39,075 nt of DNA. Source: Armatimonadota bacterium. Its GTDB lineage: Bacteria; Armatimonadota; UBA5829; JAUSEB01. The notes below the pieces were generated by a model that had not been told where the DNA came from, searched no databases, and saw only the letters and a list, made by a program, of their open reading frames with translations. Below are positions 27,444-36,800 of the stretch, in pieces. Positions within the stretch are counted from its first letter, which is position 1. Every line of letters starts with the position of its first letter. The stretch covers positions 1 to 39,075 of the forward strand of contig JAUSGG010000089.1 of the NCBI GenBank assembly GCA_030649165.1, written 5' to 3'. Made by a program: the position numbers and the translations under genes.

Positions 27444-28336
27444 TACCCTTGCCTCAGTCCAAAGAGTGATGTAAATCCGCGCGCAAGCGCTCCGGCAGGC
27501 CGCGGTCTCGCAGGCTGCCGCGCCGGAGGCTTCGGTGTCGGCGCCTCTACGACCTGCACATCAATAGAACCGATGTGTACGGCCGCGGGCTGCTTTGCCG
27601 GCTCTTGCGCGGGCGCGGAATGCGAAGCCGGAGGCGCCGCAACGTTGTCGGACTGGCGCTCACGCGGCGCCGAAGAAGGAAGCAGTATCGGGTGACGGCG
27701 CGCCTGTGAAGGTGTCCCCCTCCTTCTCCTCGGCGTTTCGAGTCGGAGCGCCTCGGCAAGCTCCGCCGGTCGATCCGGTGGGAATACCTCTGGCTTGGGA
27801 GCTGCGCTGGAATTGACGGTCTCAGGCTGACTCAGGCTTTCCGCGCGGCTAACTTCCTTGTGTGAGGTCTCCGCCGGCTTCTTCCGAAGTCGGGCCGCGG
27901 ATGGTATTTCGCCGTCCAATGGAGACAATGGGGATTCCGAATTCGTGCTCGGCTCGCCCGCGAGCGACGCTCGCGTCCGCGGCGGCTTCGGCGACGGCGT
28001 CAGCTTCAGATCCTTCGGTAGCAGAGCGCCGGCGTCGCTGCCGAAGGATGCGCCAGATTGCCGATCCCTCGGTTGCATAGCGCCGGCGTCGCTGCCCAAA
28101 GACGCGCCAAATTGCCTATCCTTCGGTTGCACAGCGCCGGCGTCCCTGCCCAAGGACGCGCCAAATTGCCTATCCTTCGGTAGCAATGCGCCGGCGTCGC
28201 TGCCGACGGGCAGGCCGGATTCCTCGACCGGTGGTAGGGGGTCCTGTGTCCGCACGAACCGGCGCGGCGGCGTCAGTACCTGTAAACCAACGGGCTTCCG
28301 ACCCGCAATCCGGCCAAAGTATGATATCCGGGACAT
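27443..28336 (-). CDS. Pro/Ala/Ser-rich repeat protein with 4 tandem 18-aa repeats (DAGALLPKDRQFGASLGS); possible tape-measure-like or linker component
   Basis: The ORF is tightly coupled on both sides (TGATATG; TAATG). 54-bp tandem DNA repeats at 28013-28228. The composition is low-complexity. No family is recognised. Confidence 0.5.
   Translation of the reverse strand: MSRISYFGRIAGRKPVGLQVLTPPRRFVRTQDPLPPVEESGLPVGSDAGALLPKDRQFGASLGRDAGAVQPKDRQFGASLGSDAGAMQPRDRQSGASFGSDAGALLPKDLKLTPSPKPPRTRASLAGEPSTNSESPLSPLDGEIPSAARLRKKPAETSHKEVSRAESLSQPETVNSSAAPKPEVFPPDRPAELAEALRLETPRRRRGTPSQARRHPILLPSSAPRERQSDNVAAPPASHSAPAQEPAKQPAAVHIGSIDVQVVEAPTPKPPARQPARPRPAGALARGFTSLFGLRQG
28013..28228. repeat. 4 x 54-bp in-frame tandem repeat inside gene 27443-28336
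   Basis: Units start ccttcggtagcagagcgccggcgtcgctgccgaagg..., and each contains a palindromic core. Confidence 0.8.
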
Positions 28337-28337
28337 C

Positions 28338-29108
28338 TCAGGAGCCTCCCTCTTGTCGTATCAACTCCGCGTAGCCGGCGCGCCGCTTAGCGGGGAGGGC
28401 CAGAATCGCCGTTTCCGGCCAGTGGTAGCGCCCCGCCAGCAGATGGACTTCTTCGTACAAGAACTTCGCACGATCGCGCAGTTCCTGGAGCGTGAACCGC
28501 TGAACATCGAAATATACGCTGACTGTCGCCTCGCACTCCGGACATTTGCCCACGGCTTCGTGCGAAAGACTTGGCGCAAGAGCCTCAAGGGCGTTCTCCA
28601 CCCGGCGCAGCATTCGAGGTGAAAGCTGGACCGGCAGAACACAGCGCCGGATCGCCTCCCGGTCCGATTGCGGGTGGCCGGCGACCGCAATCTGATCGGA
28701 CGGTGTCGGCAGGCGGAACGAGACCGGCGCATCGCGGAATCGAAACCATCCCGCCTCGTCCGAGCGCTCGACACCTCGTGGCCGGCGGGGCCGGTGGTGC
28801 GCCAGATAATCCGTAATGCGAAAGTCAACGTCGATCCGGGCGCCGCACTCTTCAGCCGGACATCTTACGTCCGTGAGAATGTGATCGCCAAAGACGTGCC
28901 GTCGCACCATCAACAGCAGGGCCTCGAAGTCCGTTACGCACACAGACTCCCACTCGCAGGCCGCCCCGTCGGCAGGCTGCGCCAGACGCGCGGTCAGCGC
29001 CAGCGCCAGTGCGGAATCGCACTCGCGGGCATCGAGCAGGAGCGTCTCTTCCTCACCGGTAGGCTCCCGCAGGATCACATCCAGTCCGCTGACCGGCAGT
29101 CGAGCCAT
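28338..29108 (-). CDS. Hypothetical eCIS-associated protein with two CxxC...C zinc-ribbon-like pairs
   Basis: CPAEECGARIDVDF and CPECEATVSVYFD. It lies between the tube and repeat-protein genes, in the chaperone/tape-measure region of P2-like order. Confidence 0.45.
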   Translation of the reverse strand: MARLPVSGLDVILREPTGEEETLLLDARECDSALALALTARLAQPADGAACEWESVCVTDFEALLLMVRRHVFGDHILTDVRCPAEECGARIDVDFRITDYLAHHRPRRPRGVERSDEAGWFRFRDAPVSFRLPTPSDQIAVAGHPQSDREAIRRCVLPVQLSPRMLRRVENALEALAPSLSHEAVGKCPECEATVSVYFDVQRFTLQELRDRAKFLYEEVHLLAGRYHWPETAILALPAKRRAGYAELIRQEGGS

Positions 29109-29114
29109 AGGCGT

Positions 29115-29624
29115 CTATAGTTCCTTCGGCTCTTGCAGAGACCGGTCGTGTTCCCAGCCCTCATGCTCCAGCTTGATATGCTCGATGGCAACTGCGTTCG
29201 CCCCGGCGTCCAGGTCGGATATCGCCTGATACTCGGACACCCAACAATTGTGAATTATGTAACGATGTACCGGCTGGCCCGCCTCGTTGAGCAGGTCTAT
29301 CCTCACTTCCCTGCGCAGGCTAGCCAGCGATGATGATGCGGCGCCTTTGTCCAATACCTGCGGCGCGTTGGCCCAATCCTCGAAATCGGGGTCGTGTGTA
29401 AGTCCTCGTTCGAGCGTGATGGGATCGTACTTCGTGCGCCCCATTCCCTTGCGTATGATCGTGTCCCCGCCCTGCTTGTACTCGATCGGGTCCGTCGACC
29501 TCTTCAGGCCGTTCACTTTGCTCACTCCCGCGACCGGCGTGGTGGATTGTCCCAGGAACACGAGGAAACGGAATGTCTTATAAGGGTCGAAACGACTAGT
29601 GTTGACGTTGAACTGCTTGGGCAT
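29115..29624 (-). CDS. Tail tube protein (T4 gp19 / Afp1-Afp5 family)
   Basis: GGAGGAG RBS 6 nt upstream. FRFLVFLG...GVSKVNGLKRSTDPIEYKQGGDT...ITLERG is the typical tube family pattern. Confidence 0.85.
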   Translation of the reverse strand: MPKQFNVNTSRFDPYKTFRFLVFLGQSTTPVAGVSKVNGLKRSTDPIEYKQGGDTIIRKGMGRTKYDPITLERGLTHDPDFEDWANAPQVLDKGAASSSLASLRREVRIDLLNEAGQPVHRYIIHNCWVSEYQAISDLDAGANAVAIEHIKLEHEGWEHDRSLQEPKEL

Positions 29625-29635
29625 GTGATCTCCTC

Positions 29636-31243
29636 CTATGACTGGGCCTGGCCCGCGAGCTGAGCGATCTTGATAATGACGAACTCGGCCGGTTTCAGCG
29701 GCGCGAACGCGACGATGATATTAACGATGCCATTGTCGATGTCCTGCTGCGTGGTTGTCTGGTCGTCGCACTTCACCTGGAATGCCTGACTGGGTGTGGA
29801 CCCCTGGAATGCCTGCTGTCGGAACAGTGAGAGCATGAAGGACTCTATGCTCGTGCGTATAGCGACCCACAACGGTTTATCATTTGGCTCGTGAACCACC
29901 CATTTCAGGTTGTCGTAAAGGGTCTGCTCGATGAAGAGAGCCATGCGACGGACCGGAACATATCGCCAATGCTTAAACGCCTCGTTTTCCGTGACCAGTG
30001 TCCTGGCGCCGAAGACCACGGTTCCTTTTCCAGGGAATGTCCGTAGACAGTTCACGCCCTTCGGATTGAGGGTTCCCTGCCTCATATCGGTCATCCGGCC
30101 GCGGTCCGCCACCCTGGTCGCATTCTTGACGATCGTCTCCAGCCCGGCGGGCGCCTTCCAGACTCCCCGATTGGTGTCGGTTCGGGCGTAGATACCTGCC
30201 ACATAGCCGCTCGGTGGGAGTTCGATAGTATCCCCCGTGTAAGGGTCCTGCGACTCGAGGTACGGGAAGTACAGCGCGCCGTTGGGGCTCTTGGGCATGT
30301 CCACTGTGAGCTTTTCCATCTCCAGCAGACCATCCATCCCGTCGGCGGAGGCATTCGCCGGCGGGTCCACGATCATGAAGGCGCGCTTTCGTTCACAGAA
30401 CGCGAGCCCCTGGCTCAGAACACCGTAGTCGTGGATTCCCGGAAGGACGAGCAGGTTGAAGATGTCGATCTTATCCAGCGAGCTATGTTCACGGAAGACG
30501 GGCGTGAAATCACCGGGGGCGAACATATTCTCATTCTCAAGAGTTGGCCAGACTGACGTCGAGACCTTCCCATCGGAAAGCTGGTAAGCGGTTGCCCCGG
30601 GGTTGAGTGAGACCTTTGCCAGCCCGGACACGTCGTTGATGCGTGTCTCAATGAAGTTCGGGTCCTTCTGGTCGCCCTTTTTGTCCGTCAGCGTGACGCC
30701 GCGATACGTCTCCACCCGTGAGCCGTAGGTGATGGTGATGTCATAGGTCTGCTCGGATAAGTCAGGCTGTTTGACCGTTACGATCATAGGCAGCAAGTCT
30801 ACAGGTTCCAGAGAGGTGAAGAGAACGCCAACGCCGCTGGTTCCTCCCTCGACCAGAACGCTGCCGGCGTCCTTGGTGAGTGGCTCTCCCGAGAGATCGG
30901 TGACTAGTTTCCCCGAGAAATCCTTGAGCTCCTCCCCCTTGTTGGCATAGGGATACTTGGGTCTCAGACCAATGACAAACGCGTTCGCCCCGTCGTTCAG
31001 GAAAAACTGATAGACCGCGTAAGCGACGTCGTTGTCGAACAGGCCGCTCCTGTACAATCCGCCGAACTTTTGCTCGTATTCGGCGAAACTGAGCACGCGC
31101 TCTGCTTGCTCAAACTTCTTGGTCTTGAATGGGTGGGTATAGCCGACAAACACGGTGATGGATGTAGCCGCCCCGGTGATGGTGTGGGTCGCGGGCGGAA
31201 GTTCTTCGATGTAGATTCCCGGATACGTAGGTGTGACCGGCAT
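29636..31243 (-). CDS. Contractile tail sheath protein (Afp2-4-like)
   Basis: The N-terminus TYPGIYIEE is a hallmark of eCIS/phage sheath proteins. GAGGAGG RBS. 535 aa. Confidence 0.9.
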   Translation of the reverse strand: MPVTPTYPGIYIEELPPATHTITGAATSITVFVGYTHPFKTKKFEQAERVLSFAEYEQKFGGLYRSGLFDNDVAYAVYQFFLNDGANAFVIGLRPKYPYANKGEELKDFSGKLVTDLSGEPLTKDAGSVLVEGGTSGVGVLFTSLEPVDLLPMIVTVKQPDLSEQTYDITITYGSRVETYRGVTLTDKKGDQKDPNFIETRINDVSGLAKVSLNPGATAYQLSDGKVSTSVWPTLENENMFAPGDFTPVFREHSSLDKIDIFNLLVLPGIHDYGVLSQGLAFCERKRAFMIVDPPANASADGMDGLLEMEKLTVDMPKSPNGALYFPYLESQDPYTGDTIELPPSGYVAGIYARTDTNRGVWKAPAGLETIVKNATRVADRGRMTDMRQGTLNPKGVNCLRTFPGKGTVVFGARTLVTENEAFKHWRYVPVRRMALFIEQTLYDNLKWVVHEPNDKPLWVAIRTSIESFMLSLFRQQAFQGSTPSQAFQVKCDDQTTTQQDIDNGIVNIIVAFAPLKPAEFVIIKIAQLAGQAQS

Positions 31244-31294
31244 AATTCCTCCTCAAATCTTGTCTTGGATGCCCCCGCTCCGGCGCGGCCCGCG

Positions 31295-32113
31295 CTACCG
31301 GGCCGTCACGGTCGCCGACGCGGGCTTCGCGTCGACCTTCTGTTCACCGCCGCTCAGGACTACAGTCTCCCCCTCTTGAGGAAGAGCATATTTCCCGCCC
31401 GGCGGTTCAGTTACTTTGATGAGATAGGCGGGGTGATCGAGCTTGCTGACGATATCGGCAGCGCTGATCGTCGTGAACTCTTTCTCCCAGGTGACTTCCA
31501 GTTTGAACGTCTTGCTGTTGCTGTCCACGGTAATCTTAGCCGTGGTGTGGTTGCCTGACTGGCCGTGCTTCTTGGCCTCCAACGTAAAGGCTATGGCGTT
31601 TGGATCGCCCGCTTCAGGCACGTCGACCTTTGACGCATCGCTGGCGTTCCCGCCCTTCAGCGGATAGGACCCATCCTCCGGGAGCTTCGACGAAGGCGCA
31701 CCTTTGACGTGAACAAGTCCTGGACTTGCCAGTGGATTCGCGTCCGTTCCCAAGACCGCATCGATGAACGAGGGTGGGGTCTCAATGCTCAAGGCATTAT
31801 GGGTTTCTGTCTTTGTGACGACGGCATCGAAAGTGCCAGACTGGACGTCGACCTTGCTGAAGGTGATCTTAATTCCGTCTCCCGCCGGTCCAGGATCAAC
31901 GGCGTGGATCACCATAGCCGGTTTTGGCGGCCCTGCTTCCGAGGGAACGATCAAGCCAATCTTGACCAGATGCTCGATCAGCTTCTCCGATTCAGGCACG
32001 TCTTTGAGCTGGCCGTTGTCAAAGCGGATGTCTGACAGCGGAGTGGCTTGCAGTTTACCGTCAGCGTCGGTATACTTCACGGGGCCGCGTCCTACAGCGC
32101 CTCTTTCTGTCAT
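31295..32113 (-). CDS. First gene of the operon, beta-rich hypothetical protein (272 aa); start moved to the internal ATG
   Basis: GGAGG lies 7 nt upstream of the ATG at 32113, and the promoter lies immediately upstream. No recognisable family. Confidence 0.5.
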   Translation of the reverse strand: MTERGAVGRGPVKYTDADGKLQATPLSDIRFDNGQLKDVPESEKLIEHLVKIGLIVPSEAGPPKPAMVIHAVDPGPAGDGIKITFSKVDVQSGTFDAVVTKTETHNALSIETPPSFIDAVLGTDANPLASPGLVHVKGAPSSKLPEDGSYPLKGGNASDASKVDVPEAGDPNAIAFTLEAKKHGQSGNHTTAKITVDSNSKTFKLEVTWEKEFTTISAADIVSKLDHPAYLIKVTEPPGGKYALPQEGETVVLSGGEQKVDAKPASATVTAR

Positions 32114-32139
32114 AGATTTCCCTCCTCCCTGATTCTTAG

Positions 32140-32180
32140 TTTGGCGATTATATCCCGCCTCCTGGATAATTGTCAAGTAT
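32140..32180 (-). promoter_or_regulatory. Near-consensus sigma70-type promoter for the eCIS operon (-35 TTGACA, 18-bp spacer, -10 TATAAT on minus strand)
   Basis: Plus-strand tgtcaa at 32171-32176 and attata at 32147-32152 are the reverse complements. The predicted +1 is ~25-30 nt upstream of the ATG at 32113. Confidence 0.5.
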
Positions 32181-32272
32181 TATTAGAATGATTTTCCAAA
32201 CTTTTGCTAAGGGGGGGATCCCACATTCAGGCCTGTGACGATTATCTGCTTCAGCCATTCTCAAGAGCGTCT

Positions 32273-33253
32273 TTACCGCGGCAGATCGAATGAGAAACCG
32301 CCGGCGCGTGCCCCGCGGACGATTTCGGGAAGCGCATCGACTGTTTGAGAAACCCCAGCGTGCAGGAGTATGACGCTTCCGGGTTTGATTGCGAGCAAAA
32401 CGCGGCGCGTGATCTCGGACTCCCCGGGACGGGCAAAGTCATAAGGGTTCACCACGGTCTCCGGCAGCGTCTCGCCGTTCAGCCTGCGGCATCCCGATTT
32501 GCCAGGCGGACGATAAAGGATCGGCGGGTTTATACCCAACGCCTCAAGCGCCCGCGCGCACTTTGGCAGGTTCATCTCCGCGGATTGGTGGTCCCAGCAA
32601 TGAATTTGCAGTGAATGCCCTTCTCTTGACGCTCTTCGCACGATATCCGCGGAACCGCTGAGACGGTTGCAGACGCAGAAGAACGCCGCCTGAACGCCCT
32701 GAGCGCGAAGCGCATCGAGAAGAGCGTCGTCCAATGCACTATCCTTGCTCGGAAAGTCGTCAAAGGTGAGGTAGATCGGGCCGGCCGACGCCGCCGCGCC
32801 ATTGAGAGCCGCGCGGACGGCGCCGACAACATCCGCTGAACGGATTATTCCATGCCTGGCGAAAGTCACCCTGCCGGTGGTCTCAACGACGACCGTGTAC
32901 GGTATTCGGTCCACCTCAAGCTCGGCGGTGAGGGTCCTTCCGGCATCGAGGAGCACGATGCCGCCGATTTTCCCGCGGGCGACGTCGGCCCACCGGCCAT
33001 CGATGGAAACAGTGAGAAAATCGACCGGCAGGCCGGAAAGCGCTCGGTCGGCCCGCGCGATGCGTTTGCCGTGCTCTTTCCAGGTGTCGCACCAGAAGGC
33101 GCAGAAGGAGATCACCGTCACCCTGCCCGGGATCCAGCGGCGGGTTGGGCCATCGAGCGACGTGAGAGAGAAGGGCTTCAGGGTGTCGCCGGGTAAAGGC
33201 GCGCCGGCCGCGGGCGGGACCCCGGCGGCCAGCAGCCCGGCGGTTAAAACCAC
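32273..33253 (-). CDS. Secreted polysaccharide deacetylase (NodB-homology) with N-terminal redoxin-like domain; start uncertain (GTG at 33253)
   Basis: IYLTFDDFPSKDS...GHSLQIHCWDHQ is NodB-like. An upstream TlpA-like segment (VTVISFCAFWCDTWKEHG) lacks a CxxC. The tool ORF's N-terminal 109 codons run across the repeat element and are probably untranslated. Confidence 0.6.
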   Translation of the reverse strand: MVLTAGLLAAGVPPAAGAPLPGDTLKPFSLTSLDGPTRRWIPGRVTVISFCAFWCDTWKEHGKRIARADRALSGLPVDFLTVSIDGRWADVARGKIGGIVLLDAGRTLTAELEVDRIPYTVVVETTGRVTFARHGIIRSADVVGAVRAALNGAAASAGPIYLTFDDFPSKDSALDDALLDALRAQGVQAAFFCVCNRLSGSADIVRRASREGHSLQIHCWDHQSAEMNLPKCARALEALGINPPILYRPPGKSGCRRLNGETLPETVVNPYDFARPGESEITRRVLLAIKPGSVILLHAGVSQTVDALPEIVRGARAGGFSFDLPR

Positions 33254-33333
33254 GGCTGTGACTACGCAAAGTCGGCCTGCGCCGACTAGTCTCGCCCAGA
33301 CGCCCTCCAGGTAAGGTACCTGGAGGGATAGGG
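33241..33333. repeat. Repeated palindromic element, copy 1 (hairpin agtcggc-N4-gccgact plus 11-bp inverted repeat ccctccaggta-N3-tacctggaggg)
   Basis: Near-identical to 33677-33766 and partially to 38886-38933. Confidence 0.8.
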
Positions 33334-33380
33334 TACAAGGTACGTGGAGGGATAGGGTACAAGGCGCCTGGAGGGGTAGG
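33306..33380. repeat. Three tandem ~24-bp repeats (ggagggatagggtacaaggtacgt-like) extending from the palindrome
   Basis: Read directly: ggagggatagggtacaaggtacgt / ggagggatagggtacaaggcgcct / ggaggggtagggtacgtgag. Confidence 0.7.
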
Positions 33381-33676
33381 GTACGTGAGTTGGTGGTTGG
33401 TGAGCGTGTTAACATTTTGGTCATCCGAGGCGCGGTGGGCCGTTTTCTCCTGATTTTGCGTTTTTCCGCACGAAACTGCTTTGAAACAGTTCTATTTTCG
33501 CACGATTCAGCATGGTAATCGTACCTAAACCGCACCGAAACCCGTGTACAAAGGTGTGAAAACGCGCGAAACCGCCGCAAAACTGAGTGAAACTGGTTGA
33601 GAATTGAGAGGGCTGGTTGACCAGCCCAGACCGGTTAGCGGTTAGCGGCTGTCTCCTTCGGCAGCCCTTGGCCAGG

Positions 33677-33766
33677 CGGTTGAAACCACGGCTACGACTA
33701 CACAAAGTCGGCCTGCCGACTATTCTCTCCCAGACGCCCTCCAGGTAAGGTACCTGGAGGGATAGG
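33677..33766. repeat. Repeated palindromic element, copy 2 (intergenic)
   Basis: 90 nt, ~90 percent identical to copy 1 including both hairpins. Confidence 0.8.
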
Positions 33767-33880
33767 AAAAGGATCGCAAAGTCCGCGGTTGGTTCCACAA
33801 GTCCGTTCCCGCATCACGATAGGGCTCCTGGTTTGCTGACGACTGAAAGCTGATAGCTTAATCTTCCCCAGCGCATCAGG

Positions 33881-36800
33881 TTACTTCTTCACTTGGACTG
33901 TCGAGGTCGCAGTGTTACCGCTGACCGCCGGACGGCGGATGATCTCGGCGGAAGCCGGAAGGGCTGTAACCACCCCTTCCGATTCGGCCCGGAGATAATA
34001 GCGGAAGTAGATTGGCTCTCCGAAGGACCGCATATAGTGGATAACAGCGGCGTCGCGCACCTCTTCGCGCGCCCAGGCCCCGTTACGGTCGGAATCGACG
34101 AACTCGAAGCCGGCCGGTATCGGTTCGACAACCCGGATACCGTCGGGTTTGTCGTCGGGCCAGACGAGCACGGTGCATCGGACCGGCGACGAGGGCTTGA
34201 GCGAACCTGCGAGTTCCTGCCACACTCCGGCGTCGTTTTGGGACTCGTATCTCCGCAGAAGACGCATTCCAATGCTGGACTCCTGCTCCGCGGGCCTGTG
34301 CACGCGGGCCTCGACAGAGAAGAAAACGCTGCCACCGCCGGTCCTGGTGAGCGAGATCGTGTTTGCCCCACTCTTCAGCAGACTTCGCGGAACCGATGCG
34401 CGAACGGGCTTGCCGCTCTCTTCCTCATATTCGACCGCGGCGCCGTTTACCTTAATCTCCGGCTTGCCCGGCTGCGCCGGCTGTGGATGCTTCTTCAGAT
34501 ACGCGGCAAGGGCAAAAGCGGCCTCTGCCTGCTCGTCGTTGGAAAGCCAGGTGTAGTCGTCGGGCCTCGCCAGCCATTCGGCGAGTTTCGCCTGAAGCTC
34601 GTCGCCCTGAGAGGTCGCGGCGAGCACGGTCAACGCGCGGGCGGTCGCCTCCACCGTGGTGGCGGACCAGCCGGGCTTGTCGCCTACGGGCAGGTAAGCT
34701 GTGTCGGGACCGTCGACCGCATCCTTTAGAACAGACTGGATAGCCTCTTTCGCCCAATCCATCTTCGAGGCTTTCGCATACGCCTCCGCGAGGGCCATTC
34801 GGGCGTAGGGGGAAAGGTCGGCGCCGCGCCTGTGAACTTCGTCCAGCAGCCGGTCGCGCCGAATATAGACGCCTTCAGCGATGCCCGACGGCGACACCGC
34901 AAACTCCGCAAGGGTAATGGCTGACGCAAGAAGCGCTTTGTGCTCCCAAAGGTTCGTTTGGCCGTATAGCAAATCCGCGCCACTTATACCTCGCGCGAGT
35001 AGATCGTCGGGAACGGTGATCCTCGCGGCCCGCGCGCGGGCAAGAGCGGTGAGGACTCGCGCCGTGGTCACGGGATCCCACGCGTCGGTTTCCCACCAGC
35101 CCCATGCGCCCGATCCCTGCTGGTAGCGGGAGAGAAGCGCCAACGATTCGCGAACGTCTTCCGACGCATTGGCGGCCCCAACTACGCACGCCGCCAGCAG
35201 TTGGTCGGCGGCGGCCGATGTGGAGTAGCGGCCTGAATCCAGGACCTCGCGCGCCAGGTCGTCCGCGACCTGTTTCAGCCCGGCGCGGACGGTTATGGTG
35301 ACCCTGCTCGCCGGTTCGATGCGGTCTTCGGGAAGGTCGAGCGTCACGGTCTTCTCGTTTTGCAGCGCTCCGCCTACGAGAATCCTGCGCTCGATCCCTT
35401 TTGGAGCGATGCGCAGGTTCACCTTGAGCGCGTCGGACATTTCCTCAACGCTCCCGGCGGGAACGTCAGTGGCGAAAAGCGCGCCGGTGATCGACGCTTC
35501 GCCGGACTCGGGAAGCGTCGGCGCGCCGATCGTCCATTCGACCGTCGCCTCTCCCTTAGCCGGAACGTTGACCTTCCGGGCAGGCGACCCCTCGATCGTC
35601 AGTCCCTCCGCTGCAAGCTCCACGTGGAACTCGTGGGCACGATCGGCACGGTTGTTGATCGTGCCGATGAGCCGCAGCGTGTCGCCCTGGACCATCTGCC
35701 TGGGCACGGCGAGACGGAGCATTACGGGACGGGAAGCCTGGACGTTGGTCTGGGCCTTGCCCGTTTTGGTGTCCCCGGTGATCGCGAGCGCCTTGCCGCG
35801 CCAGGACGTAAGGTTGCCGGGGACATCGAAGCTGACCGTGGCCGTGCCGTCCATATCGGTCATAAGATTGGCATTCCAGTAGGCGGTATCCAGGAATCTC
35901 TGGCGTACGCCTGCAAGTTTCGCGCCCGGAGGCAGCGCCGACCTGAACGCGGGCAGCAAAGCGGAACGCCCCGTCTCTGGAGCGCCTTGAAATGCGCCGC
36001 CGGACATCTCTTCGGGAGCCGAACTGTTAGTTGCTACACCGTTCTCCCGGATTCCCCAGAACTGGGCGTAGGGGTCACGAGTATTATCAGGTTTGATGGC
36101 GTAAATCGACTCGTCCACGACCGAAACGGATGCTTCGGCGGGAATGGGCTTGCCGTTCAATGCCTTTGTGCGGACCGTCCAAACAGCGGTATCGCCGGGG
36201 CGGTAGGCTTTCTTGTCCGGCTCGACGCTCACCGTAAGTTTCCTGGTGCGGTCGGGTATCGGGAGGAGGGCGTTGGCCGATACTCGATAGCTCTTAGACC
36301 ACTGCTCCGCCTCGGCGTACGCGTTGGGGGACATCTCCACGCTGGTTTTGACTTTCCAGAGGAAGCTCTTCGTGTTTGCAGGAAGGACGAGATATTCGAA
36401 TATGTCCAACCCGCTCACGGTCAGAAGTACTGGGCGCGGAGTGTTCGAGTTCACCCAAATGCCGGTGGTCCGGCCCGGCTCGTAACTCCGCCGGTCGGGT
36501 TTGAGGGTAAGGACGGGGCCTTGCTCTTCCTTCTCGAACTTCGCCGAAGGTCCCGCGGTCCAGACGGTCAGTTGCGCCGATGCCTTACGGCCAGTGCGGT
36601 CCAAGGCGGTGGCGAGTATAGACAGGTTACCGGCCGCCTTCGCGGGAACCCTGGCCGCCGCTTTGCCGCTCGCGGGGATTGTCACCCGCGTCCTGGTGAG
36701 CTCTTCACGCTTGTAGCGATGCTCCTTCTCGTCCCACACCAGTTTTCCCACCGCAACCGTAACTTTCGCGGCTGCCGGCTTGCCGTCCAAATCGACCGCC

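Noticed and set aside
28013-28228. CRISPR array
   Set aside because: The repeats are 54 bp, in-frame and contiguous with no unique spacers, and lie inside a coupled ORF. They are coding tandem repeats, not CRISPR.
6157-32180. Prophage or type VI secretion system
   Set aside because: No capsid, portal, terminase, integrase or repressor genes are present. There is no TssB/TssC split sheath and no TssK/L/M or ClpV. A tandem-AAA+ Afp15-like ATPase and a DUF4255 cap are present. An eCIS or tailocin-like particle is the better fit.
33254-33580. 109-codon N-terminal extension of the deacetylase ORF, and ORF 33421-33798
   Set aside because: Both are translated straight through the repeated palindromic element and its tandem 24-bp array. 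The same DNA occurs intergenically elsewhere, so the similarity is at the DNA level, not the protein level.
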